From assembly GCA_964012805.1 (NCBI GenBank), contig CAXGUD010000006.1, forward strand, positions 32,001-96,000: 64,000 nt of DNA, written 5' to 3'. Below, piece by piece: positions 29,318-37,818 of the stretch (its first letter is position 1; the number at the start of each line of letters is the position of its first letter). The DNA comes from an uncultured Bacteriovoracaceae bacterium (GTDB lineage Bacteria; Bdellovibrionota; Bacteriovoracia; Bacteriovoracales; Bacteriovoracaceae). The translations under genes were made by a program, and so were the position numbers. The notes under the pieces were generated by a model, which saw nothing but the letters and a program-made list of their open reading frames with translations, did no database searches and was not told the DNA's origin.

Positions 29318-29586
29318 CGGCAACTCCTTCAGAACATTGTGATGATTTTTTATGAAAAATATAAAACTATGGTCGTTCTTCTTACACCAAAAGGGCCTTT
29401 TTTGCATCACTTTGGTAAGAATTTCAAACTGGGCCTTTCTATAATGTTGAAATTGAAGCTATTCCAAACAAGAAATAGACTAAAAAAAAGCCTTTTTGAA
29501 CTGCTGAAGACCTTCTTTTTAGATTGTAGGGTCAATTAAAGTCATTGAGTTGAGCCGAGAAATTCAGGGGGTTGTCGGTAAAACGG

Positions 29587-29610
29587 AAAAGGCCCCCATC
29601 AATGGAGGCC
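29587..29610 (-). terminator. intrinsic terminator downstream of the CARDB gene
   Basis: Minus strand reads GGCCTCCAT-TG-ATGGGGGCC-TTTT (one G-U pair). Confidence 0.65.
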
Positions 29611-29671
29611 AATTTTATTAAATTGGGTTAATAATGCTGTCTGATGACCCCTCTAAGGGAAGGCCACTCAA

Positions 29672-30163
29672 TTAACCCAATCTAAAAAATGACTTGGTGT
29701 TATTGTTTTCATTCTTTTCTTTTACAGTGTTTTTATAATCTGCTTCCACATTTAAAGCAGCATCTGGATTAAAAATCCAATAAGGTAAGTGAAGAGTCGC
29801 TTGAAAACTTTGACCTGGATTCAGTGCTGGTACATAGGAGACATCATTATAGGGGGCTCCTGTGGATTGAAAAGTTGAAGGGTCAATGATTCGTACATAA
29901 CTGGCACCAGCTTTAAGGTTACCAATATTTTTAATGGTAACTTTAATTTCAGTTTGTCCAGTTCCATTTATAAATTGAAATGGGTGGATCGTCTGGACAA
30001 TAAGGTCTGGTCCTTTAATGAAAAAGTGTCTGTCTAAAGGGAAAAGCTTACGAATAACTTCTTTTTTAATAATTTTCTTAGGAACTGGTAAGAACCTAGC
30101 GTCCGCCTTAAAACTCATAACTGCCATAAGAAGCATTAGGGTTACATGGATCATTTTTTTCAT
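29672..30163 (-). CDS. secreted CARDB (Ig-like) domain protein
   Basis: Signal peptide; PDLIV, VTIKNIG, PALNPGQS, ADYKNTVKEKNENNN. Confidence 0.8.
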   Translation of the reverse strand: MKKMIHVTLMLLMAVMSFKADARFLPVPKKIIKKEVIRKLFPLDRHFFIKGPDLIVQTIHPFQFINGTGQTEIKVTIKNIGNLKAGASYVRIIDPSTFQSTGAPYNDVSYVPALNPGQSFQATLHLPYWIFNPDAALNVEADYKNTVKEKNENNNTKSFFRLG

Positions 30164-30227
30164 TGTGTACTCCTCAATTGTTCGATTTACTTTTTAGAGG
30201 CCTAAACGGCATCTTGAGGAAGTAGTA

Positions 30228-30244
30228 TGCAGAAACCATGCCAA
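30228..30244 (-). promoter_or_regulatory. sigma-54 (-24/-12) promoter of the CARDB gene
   Basis: Minus strand TTGGCATGGTTTCTGCA, with GG-N10-GC spacing, about 65 nt upstream of the ATG. Confidence 0.7.
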
Positions 30245-30298
30245 AGGTTTTGGTAGCAAAAGGTAACTACTGGTGACTTTTACGGTATTGAGAGGAGT

Positions 30299-31261
30299 TT
30301 AAGAGCTAATATGGCCATGATGCATAAGCAATTTATGTCCTGGGATTTTCTTCGCTTGTATGACCCAGGTCGTCCAAGCATGTCTATGGGGAACCCTTGG
30401 TGTCCACTTTGCTAAATTTGATAAGTGGTACGCCGGAAGAGATGGAAAAAAGTGATGGATTACATGATAGTTAAAGTTCATAAAAACAAAATTAGAGACC
30501 AAAGGAGGAAAGATAAGCTCTCTTGTATACTCATCCTGTTTTCGTGGTGGAATGGTCGAGTTGAATTCATTCTGCTTATAATATTTTCGCTCAAAATAGG
30601 TGTGCTGACTTAATAGAAAAGGGTCAGAAACAAAAAGAGTGAAAAATGTGCTTATTAAAAAAGGAAATAAAAAGCTCGTGCCCAAAAAATAATAAAGAAC
30701 AAAATAAGGAGAGATCATAAATAAAAGACAAAAAAGTTGGAACACCTTTTTCTTTTTTGTCGGAGCAAATTGAAGTGTAAACAAAGGATTCCAAAAGCTT
30801 CTGATGTAAAAACTAATAACAAAAATTGGAATCCAATATTTCCAGGCAAAATCAACGACTTTTTTTTGAGTGTCCTTAATCATTTTCTTGTTGGGTCCTG
30901 AAGCTGTCGGGTCTTTGTCAAAAAAGCCTGTCCACCGATGATGAAGGTTATGAATAGTCCTCCACTGTTCGAAGGGAAGGAGTGAAACACACGATGCTAC
31001 AATGCCCACTAACGTATTCATCCAGTTTTTGGAGAAAAAGTGCCCATGACCGCAGTCATGTAAGATAGAGACCCAATTAAAGACAACCGCCACACCTAAA
31101 AGTGTGCCTATAAGATTAAGAATGAAGCTATGTGAAGAAAGGAAATAAAACCAGGTAATGGTTAAAAGGGTTGCTCTGAATACCCACCATAAAGCCAAAA
31201 GGTTTGAATTTTTAAGGGTTTTAGTCTTTTCTTTTAGTTTGAGATAATCGTATTTATTCAT
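30299..31261 (-). CDS. membrane fatty acid desaturase family protein
   Basis: His boxes HDCGH, HNLHH, HVIHH. Confidence 0.88.
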   Translation of the reverse strand: MNKYDYLKLKEKTKTLKNSNLLALWWVFRATLLTITWFYFLSSHSFILNLIGTLLGVAVVFNWVSILHDCGHGHFFSKNWMNTLVGIVASCVSLLPFEQWRTIHNLHHRWTGFFDKDPTASGPNKKMIKDTQKKVVDFAWKYWIPIFVISFYIRSFWNPLFTLQFAPTKKKKVFQLFCLLFMISPYFVLYYFLGTSFLFPFLISTFFTLFVSDPFLLSQHTYFERKYYKQNEFNSTIPPRKQDEYTRELIFPPLVSNFVFMNFNYHVIHHFFPSLPAYHLSNLAKWTPRVPHRHAWTTWVIQAKKIPGHKLLMHHGHISS

Positions 31262-32111
31262 AATGGCCTTCTTTTGAAAGGTCCTTTTTAAAATATCTTT
31301 GATATGTATCTATAATCATTGAATTTAAAACAAGCTCTTTTTTAATAAAAGGGGCGATATACTTTTCATGCATTTTTGGAAGTTGGCTCCAATGGATCCG
31401 AGGATACATATGGTGGATGGTATGATAACCGCCATTTAAAAAAAGAAAGTTTTCAATGGCATTAGTATAATTTTTGCTCAAGTTTATTTTTGAAGTTGGC
31501 TCGCAGTCTTTATGAAAAAGTAGGTTTGTAAAGACAATAAAATAATTTCCAAAAATCCAGGGTAAGATGACAAAAAATAATGTTTTTGAAAAACTTAAAA
31601 AAAAGCCCATTCCTAAAAAGGTAATAAGGAGTATGTTTTCGGCCTTTTTTATTTTACCAAATTGTAGGTCCATCTTTTTAAAAAGGTCCTTACCTTCTCT
31701 TTTAAAGCGCCTTCCGGTTCTAAACGCGTAAACAAAAGGCCTCAATGATTTTGGGCCTTCACCTTCATTACCAGGCCAAAACCAGTCTTCCTTGCTGCCT
31801 TCATATCGATGATGATTGAGGTTATGGATGATAAAGGTAAAACGCTCACTCGCTCCCCGAGTTATGGTCAGTAAAAGGCCGAAAAGAGTATTAAGTCCCT
31901 TATAACCAAAGGTTGGAACGTGAATATGGTTGTGATCAATAAGGTTCACAATAAAATTAACCAGACATGAAAAAGAAATCCAGAAAAGAGATATAGGAAG
32001 TGAAAGTTCTAAAAAAAAGGGTCCTATAAGTAGGAAAAGGGAAAGGCAGGTTATAAAGATACTATAGATATCTTGCCAGTGAGGAAGTATTTTTTGTCTA
32101 GAGGTTTCCAT
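31254..32111 (-). CDS. membrane fatty acid desaturase family protein
   Basis: His boxes HNHIH, HNLNHH, HTIHH. Confidence 0.85.
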   Translation of the reverse strand: METSRQKILPHWQDIYSIFITCLSLFLLIGPFFLELSLPISLFWISFSCLVNFIVNLIDHNHIHVPTFGYKGLNTLFGLLLTITRGASERFTFIIHNLNHHRYEGSKEDWFWPGNEGEGPKSLRPFVYAFRTGRRFKREGKDLFKKMDLQFGKIKKAENILLITFLGMGFFLSFSKTLFFVILPWIFGNYFIVFTNLLFHKDCEPTSKINLSKNYTNAIENFLFLNGGYHTIHHMYPRIHWSQLPKMHEKYIAPFIKKELVLNSMIIDTYQRYFKKDLSKEGHYE

Positions 32112-32946
32112 AAAAAAATTTATAGAAAATGTGATACTTAAAGGCTTTGAAAAAGCAGGTTTTGGTAAAAATTATAAGGAGAATCAACCTTAGGTCAATA
32201 AATTCAGTTTATGGTTAGTTTTAAAAAATGAAGTCGATCTAGGAGATAAGGTTGAAATGGTCAACTTTCAAGTTTATAGCGCTTTGATCTTTCTAATATT
32301 TTTCTGAATTTTAAGAAGCTTTTCGCTGTTTACAGACTTGAAGTAGGTTTGAAACTTCTATTTTTCTCTGTTTTCTTTGTTCTCTTATTTAACTTTCTTT
32401 TACAATGAAATTTGTTATTATTAAGCCTTTTAAGCAAAAGAGAATATTTATGATTGCTTTCTTTTTTCTAGAGAATATTATTTAGCAACTGTTTTAAAAA
32501 GTGTAAATCTACTAAAAAAAAGCTAATCAAATATTGAAAAAAAATTAATGTTATTACTCCTAGCTTCTTATCGTTTTCAACATCCGATTTTATTTAAAAA
32601 AAATATAGCCCTCAAACTTTTGGTGAAGGAAAAGGTCTTAAGAATCACTTTTTTTTAAATTTTTTACTTATAAGAAAAATGAAGAACAAGATTAAAAAAA
32701 TAAGTTAAAGTTTATAGTTTATTAAATACCGTTTGAAAGAATTAAAGAATAGGTTAGTATCGGTGTTCTTTATTTTTATCCTTAATAAATATTTTAACGG
32801 CGTTTAATCTGAAGGTTTCAATTTTAAATTATTGGTTTTATATTAAACTTAAAAATTAAAAAATAAAAAATAGGATTAATTAAGTCTAGTCATGATTATT
32901 CATTATATTTAAATAAGAATTACAGAAAATTTATTCAGGCGCTACT

Positions 32947-33156
32947 ATGAAAAATGACTTTAATCTGGATGAAGAAAGGAAAAAAAGTGACGCTAAATTA
33001 TCCAGATATGAAAACGAAGATAGGGCAGGAAAAAAATATGAATTAAAATTGAATCCTTTAGAAATAACAGCTATTCTAATTTTTATTCTAGCAGTTTCTT
33101 TTATTATTTACTCAGAGATAGGTCAAAGGATTAGTTTGGGCTTTGGGATTGGGTAG
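32947..33156 (+). CDS. small hypothetical membrane protein
   Basis: 69-aa ORF with a charged N-terminus and one C-terminal TM. Confidence 0.5.
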   Translation: MKNDFNLDEERKKSDAKLSRYENEDRAGKKYELKLNPLEITAILIFILAVSFIIYSEIGQRISLGFGIG

Positions 33157-33269
33157 CCTTTTATGGGCTATGTTAAATTCGACGATTGACTTAAAATAAA
33201 ATCATTTAATTATAGGTATTGAATTCTAAACTAAAACTAACTAAAAAATGAAAAGTAATTAAGTCCAAA

Positions 33270-33598
33270 AAAAAGGCCTTTTTAATCATTGAGGTTATAT
33301 GAACAATTTTATTGATTTTCTGCTAGATGAAAAATTTAGCGTTTTGGTTGTGGGTCTTCCAGGCCATGGTCTTTCTAAAGGAAGGCTTGTATGGGTTGAA
33401 AATATTTTAAAACTTAAGCCAATAAATAAAAAAATTATTGTTTTTCAGGGTGACCAGGATGGTTTTCTTAATTGGGAAAACAACCGAGCTCATCTTAAAG
33501 AAAAATTTCCTCTTATAAAATTTCACCTTAAAAAAAATCCGAACACCAAATCTTTAATGAATCAGGACCAGTTAAAAAGAAATTTTTTTAGTTTATGA
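33270..33598 (+). pseudogene. degraded alpha/beta-hydrolase (lysophospholipase-like) remnant
   Basis: The LPGHGLS motif sits about 20 aa from a QGDQD motif, with the nucleophile region missing. Confidence 0.5.
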
Positions 33599-33607
33599 TA
33601 TTCTTCA

Positions 33608-34510
33608 TTAGAAATTAAAAATATTTTTGGCCACTTTATAAGTATTAATATGAGCTTTTACGGTATGAGATATTGGCTTTGAATAGCCTCCCCCTAAAAC
33701 GAGGGCCAAGGGAATATTTCTTTCTCTTGCAAAAGAAAATATAAATCTGTCTCTTTCAATAATTCCTTGCGCTGTTAGAGATAAATTCCCTAAAGAATCT
33801 TCCTTTAGAACGTCAACACCTGCTTGGTAGAGTATCAAGTCAAAATTTTTATTTTTTAAAGGCCTTAGGCCCTGCTCCAGGCTATTCAGATAATCTTGGT
33901 CCCCAGTATTTTCTTCAAGAGAAATGCTATGGGGGGAGAGGATTTTTTTAAACGGATAGTTCTTTCTGGAGTGAATACAAAAAATAGTAATGTAAGGGTT
34001 GTCGTTAAGTAGACTGGCGTTTCCATTTCCCTGATGAACATCTAAGTCAATGATGAGTATATTTTTCGCCAATTTATCGTGGATTAGCTTTAAACAACAA
34101 ATCGCAAAGTCATTAAAAGCACAAAAACCTTCTCCTTCATCAAAGCCCGCATGATGAGTTCCTCCGGCCAAAAGTCCTGAAAAACCAAATTCTAGCGAGC
34201 TATAACAAGCTTGAAGACAGCCACCGATGCTGGCTAAAACTCTATCAACATACTGGGGGCTCCAAGTAATACCTATTTTCTTTAGCTTTTTTGGCTCTAA
34301 AGTACCTTTTAAAAAACCTTCAACATAATGCGGGGAGTGAGCGAGGTAAAGGTCTTTTTTATCTATTTTGTCAGCAGGTTTAAGGTGATCAATATTTACA
34401 ATATTATTTGAAACTAGACCTTGCCTGATTAGTGAATATTTTTCGACCGGAAACCTATGGCCATGCGGTAAGGGAAATATATAATGATCAGAGTAAAATA
34501 CTTCTACCAT
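33608..34510 (-). CDS. histone deacetylase family protein (class IV / HDAC11-like)
   Basis: HRFP..KY, GGTHHA, GFCAFND, DLDVHQGNG, YQAGVD, GGGY. Confidence 0.92.
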   Translation of the reverse strand: MVEVFYSDHYIFPLPHGHRFPVEKYSLIRQGLVSNNIVNIDHLKPADKIDKKDLYLAHSPHYVEGFLKGTLEPKKLKKIGITWSPQYVDRVLASIGGCLQACYSSLEFGFSGLLAGGTHHAGFDEGEGFCAFNDFAICCLKLIHDKLAKNILIIDLDVHQGNGNASLLNDNPYITIFCIHSRKNYPFKKILSPHSISLEENTGDQDYLNSLEQGLRPLKNKNFDLILYQAGVDVLKEDSLGNLSLTAQGIIERDRFIFSFARERNIPLALVLGGGYSKPISHTVKAHINTYKVAKNIFNF

Positions 34511-34563
34511 CTTAAGCCTTAGTTAATAGAAGGAAGGTATAATAATTTTTAAAGAGGTAAAGT

Positions 34564-35343
34564 TCATTCTTTTAAAAGCTCCTGTGCCTTCTCAATATTT
34601 TTAATTATAACATTTGGTAGGTTGACTGAGTGATATTTAAGCTGATCGTCTAAGCGAGGTATAATGGACCTTGAAATAAGTTTACCTAAGATTTCTTCAC
34701 CTTCTGTTGTGTTGAAGGAAACATAACACCAAATTCTTGCCCAGAAGGTTGGATCTTTGCGAAGAGACTTAGCAATATCTCTTTTGTCTGAAATTAAGTC
34801 AAAAAGGTTAAAAAATGCAGCTATCTCACCTTTTTCGATTATGATCTTAACTGCTTCTGTAAAAAAAACACTGCCATTATCATTTATGAACTTTGGTTTA
34901 GCAAAAATAGAAGTCTTTTGAACCCCTTCATCTTCTATGTATGAAGTGATAGCAGGGTTTAAGACACCATCTAGAGCAGGTGGGATCAAAATTTTTGATT
35001 GGTCAGTATTTTCTTGAATTCTGATGAACTCTAAAAATAATTTCCTTTCCCAGATTTTACCAAAAAAAAGCAATAAATTAGGCGATGTATCTAGAGTATC
35101 TCCAAATAGCATACTGTCTTGGGAAATATTAAAATTATTAATAAAGGATTTTTCATTAATTTGAGGAATGCCGTTTATAAAATCTATTTCTCCAAAAACA
35201 GCATCTATAACTGTATCACCAAGGTCATCAAGGGCCATAATTATTTTTAGGGGTCCAAGCGAATCCAAAAGGTTTGAAAAACAATTAAAGTCATTTTCTC
35301 GGATTGAGGAGACTATAGCTTGTGAAAGGTCTTGTTCAACCAT
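34564..35343 (-). CDS. hypothetical protein
   Basis: 259-aa ORF, no recognised motif. Confidence 0.65.
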   Translation of the reverse strand: MVEQDLSQAIVSSIRENDFNCFSNLLDSLGPLKIIMALDDLGDTVIDAVFGEIDFINGIPQINEKSFINNFNISQDSMLFGDTLDTSPNLLLFFGKIWERKLFLEFIRIQENTDQSKILIPPALDGVLNPAITSYIEDEGVQKTSIFAKPKFINDNGSVFFTEAVKIIIEKGEIAAFFNLFDLISDKRDIAKSLRKDPTFWARIWCYVSFNTTEGEEILGKLISRSIIPRLDDQLKYHSVNLPNVIIKNIEKAQELLKE

Positions 35344-35526
35344 TGTTTGACCCTAGATTATTTTAAAAGGAACGAAAACGTTCTATTTTTTATATAACAA
35401 ATCTGCGAAAAGTTCTACACAAACCCCTCTTAAATACACGGAAATATTTATGAGTTCTGAAAAAAAACCATGCCTAGCGTACACTGTTTTAACATACCCA
35501 GGAAAAGAAAAAATAGGGAGAGGGCG

Positions 35527-36423
35527 GTGAAAAAGATTACTTTTACTGAAATAAAAATATTTATTATAGTGGGGTTTTTTGGTTGGGTAAAAAATATTAT
35601 GAGTGATGTTGATGATACAAAAATTAAGCCTAGAAAAACACCAGTAGAGTTAGTTCATGGAAAGAAAGTAAAGTCGACTAAAATGCTCTTTTTTAAGAGC
35701 AAGAGTGTCACAATAAAAATGTTGTTTAATAAAGATGACCTAACTAATGGACTTTATATTCTTAAAAAAGGAGAGATTGTTCCAAAACATTACAATGATT
35801 ATGATAAGGCCTTTTACGTTTACAAAGGCAAGGTAGACCTTTTTGTAAAAGGTGCAAAAAAGACTTTAGTTAAGGGTGATTCTGTTTATATTCCGAAAGG
35901 AAGTGTTACTGAGCTTTCTCAAAAGGGAAGCCAGGTATCCCAAGTTTACTTTTTCTATCCCGAAGGACCTCTTAAAAGTATTAAGCATTATGATGGAGGT
36001 TCTTTAACAAAGGCCAGTGACCGTGATGGAAATAATGTTCGGGTTATTTTTTCAAAAGATGTCCCTTGGGAAAATTGGGATGGGAAAATTAAAGATGGTA
36101 AGATTACACCTCTTGCATGGAAAACTCTTATAGAAAATAAGTCCATGATTTTAGGTATCACAAAAATAGACCCTGGCTATGATGTTGATAGCCATTATCA
36201 CCGTCAAACTCAAGTAGTTATTTTTGAACGAGGGCAGGGTGAAACACATATTAAAGATGGTCAATATGTGCCAGTTGGTGTGGAGAGTGTTATCTACCCT
36301 CCGACCTATTCTACACACCATACAAAAAATACTGGAAAAGAAGCCCTATGGGAAATTTATTTTTTTAATAGCGGGCCATTTTCTAGTATAAAGTATCATT
36401 TTGATAAAAAGAAAAAGCCTTAG
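35527..36423 (+). CDS. tandem cupin protein with N-terminal hydrophobic segment (DddK/DddW-like fold)
   Basis: Two cupin repeats, the second with HYH...H; GTG 35527 follows a purine-rich RBS. Confidence 0.75.
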   Translation: MKKITFTEIKIFIIVGFFGWVKNIMSDVDDTKIKPRKTPVELVHGKKVKSTKMLFFKSKSVTIKMLFNKDDLTNGLYILKKGEIVPKHYNDYDKAFYVYKGKVDLFVKGAKKTLVKGDSVYIPKGSVTELSQKGSQVSQVYFFYPEGPLKSIKHYDGGSLTKASDRDGNNVRVIFSKDVPWENWDGKIKDGKITPLAWKTLIENKSMILGITKIDPGYDVDSHYHRQTQVVIFERGQGETHIKDGQYVPVGVESVIYPPTYSTHHTKNTGKEALWEIYFFNSGPFSSIKYHFDKKKKP

Positions 36424-36496
36424 CAAAGATTATTTGAGCTCTCCTTATTTGTTATAACAAGGAGGGCCCAAATTAAATAAATTCAAAAGTTCTATT

Positions 36497-37504
36497 TTAT
36501 TTCTTTTGGCAAATACTTTCTAAAGTGAATGGTTTTGGATCTTTGAGCTCTTTTTTTCTAATTTTTTCTGCTAAATAAAGATAAGAGAATGATTTTTTCT
36601 TAAATTTTGCATAAGACTTCTTAATTTTATTTAATTTTTCTAGTGACTCGCTATTACAGTATTTTTTCATATTTGGTTTGATTTTCTTCCAGAAGCTTGG
36701 TCGAAAATAGTTAGGGTTATAACTTTCATCCAATTCAGGTGTAATGAATGAGCTTATATCAATATAGGTTTTAATAACCCATTTGCCTTCTTCTTTTTTT
36801 AAATTTGGATACTTACCCTCACAAATTCCATAGAAAAGTCTGAGCCCCTGGTAGTTGGCTTCCATATCAGCATAAGAAAAAGTCCCTGCCGAAGAGAGGT
36901 TTAACCCTGTAATAGTCTGCTCTTGAAAAATACCGAAATTAATCGCTTTTTCGATGGCCTTTTTCCTTGCAGCCGTTATCGGAAGGTCTTTTTTGTACCT
37001 CTCAAAAAAGAAGTGGAAGGCTTTATAATAAGTAAAACCAATATAAGTGATATGTGAGATCTTATCACCACCAAGTCTTACTCCAGCAACATTAAAAGTA
37101 GGAGATAGATAGCGGTTATCTCCATTCCCGAAGTCGAATCTTCTTATACCGTAAAAAATAGAGTCTTCGTAAAAAAGCTCACGGTTAGAGTTATACCTTG
37201 GTATCTGATCCATGCCCGGATTATTTCTAAGAGGAACATCGAGAAGGATTGGCTTTCCAAAACTCACTTCTTTTCCAAAAAATTCAGTTAATTTATAGCA
37301 TGACATTTTTTTTGAATTGGCTTTCTTAACCGCTTTTTCAAGCTTAAGTTTAAGGATTTTGTTAATGATATGTTTTGAGTCCTTTATATCTTTACCTAGA
37401 GCAAGAAATTGATCGGTTTCTGATCCAAGTATCGATGGGATTTGTAAGGATAATGAACTCAAAATAAAGGCAATAAAGTATTTCTTGAAAGAGAAGGGGT
37501 TCAA
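36497..37504 (-). CDS. secreted hypothetical protein
   Basis: Signal-peptide-like N-terminus; 335 aa. Confidence 0.7.
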   Translation of the reverse strand: MNPFSFKKYFIAFILSSLSLQIPSILGSETDQFLALGKDIKDSKHIINKILKLKLEKAVKKANSKKMSCYKLTEFFGKEVSFGKPILLDVPLRNNPGMDQIPRYNSNRELFYEDSIFYGIRRFDFGNGDNRYLSPTFNVAGVRLGGDKISHITYIGFTYYKAFHFFFERYKKDLPITAARKKAIEKAINFGIFQEQTITGLNLSSAGTFSYADMEANYQGLRLFYGICEGKYPNLKKEEGKWVIKTYIDISSFITPELDESYNPNYFRPSFWKKIKPNMKKYCNSESLEKLNKIKKSYAKFKKKSFSYLYLAEKIRKKELKDPKPFTLESICQKK

Positions 37505-37743
37505 ATTTAATTCTCCTAGGCTTTTTGAATGTTTAAATGAAGATCTCTTTTAATTTAAAAAGCTTAAATAGGGAAGATGTTCTCATCTTTTTAAGCTTTC
37601 TTCTTTTTTGGGTGAAAAACTCTTTGCAATAAATTTTATTTATTTTCTTTCAGGCTCCGATCCTACTTTCAGAAATAATTAAATAAGTATTATTTAAAAT
37701 TAGAAGCCTATAGGGCAAAGGAAGCCAAAATCTTTTTTTGGTC

Positions 37744-37770
37744 TAAAAGTTGAGAGGTTTTCTCCGATAA
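37744..37770 (+). promoter_or_regulatory. sigma-28 (FliA)-type promoter
   Basis: TAAA-N15-TCCGATAA (consensus TAAA-N15-GCCGATAA), 48 nt before ATG 37819. Confidence 0.6.
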
Positions 37771-37818
37771 CGGGAGTGGTCAAAACCACATTTTTTGGGG
37801 CCTAAATAAAGAAAAAAT

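Noticed and set aside
29641..29665. CTGATGA plus a short stem resembling a hammerhead ribozyme core
   Set aside because: It is followed by GAAG rather than GAAA, and stems I and III cannot be formed
32112..32946. Replication origin in the long AT-rich gap
   Set aside because: No DnaA boxes seen and no dnaA, gidA or parAB context
33151..33178. dif-like site (CTATGTTAAAT resembles the XerD arm)
   Set aside because: The XerC arm does not match (no ATAA end)
33608..34510. HDAC as an acetylpolyamine amidohydrolase linked to speDE
   Set aside because: Motifs fit the class IV / HDAC11-like group and it is not in the spe operon
35460..35476. Sigma-54-like GGCATGG on the minus strand
   Set aside because: No GC at the -12 position
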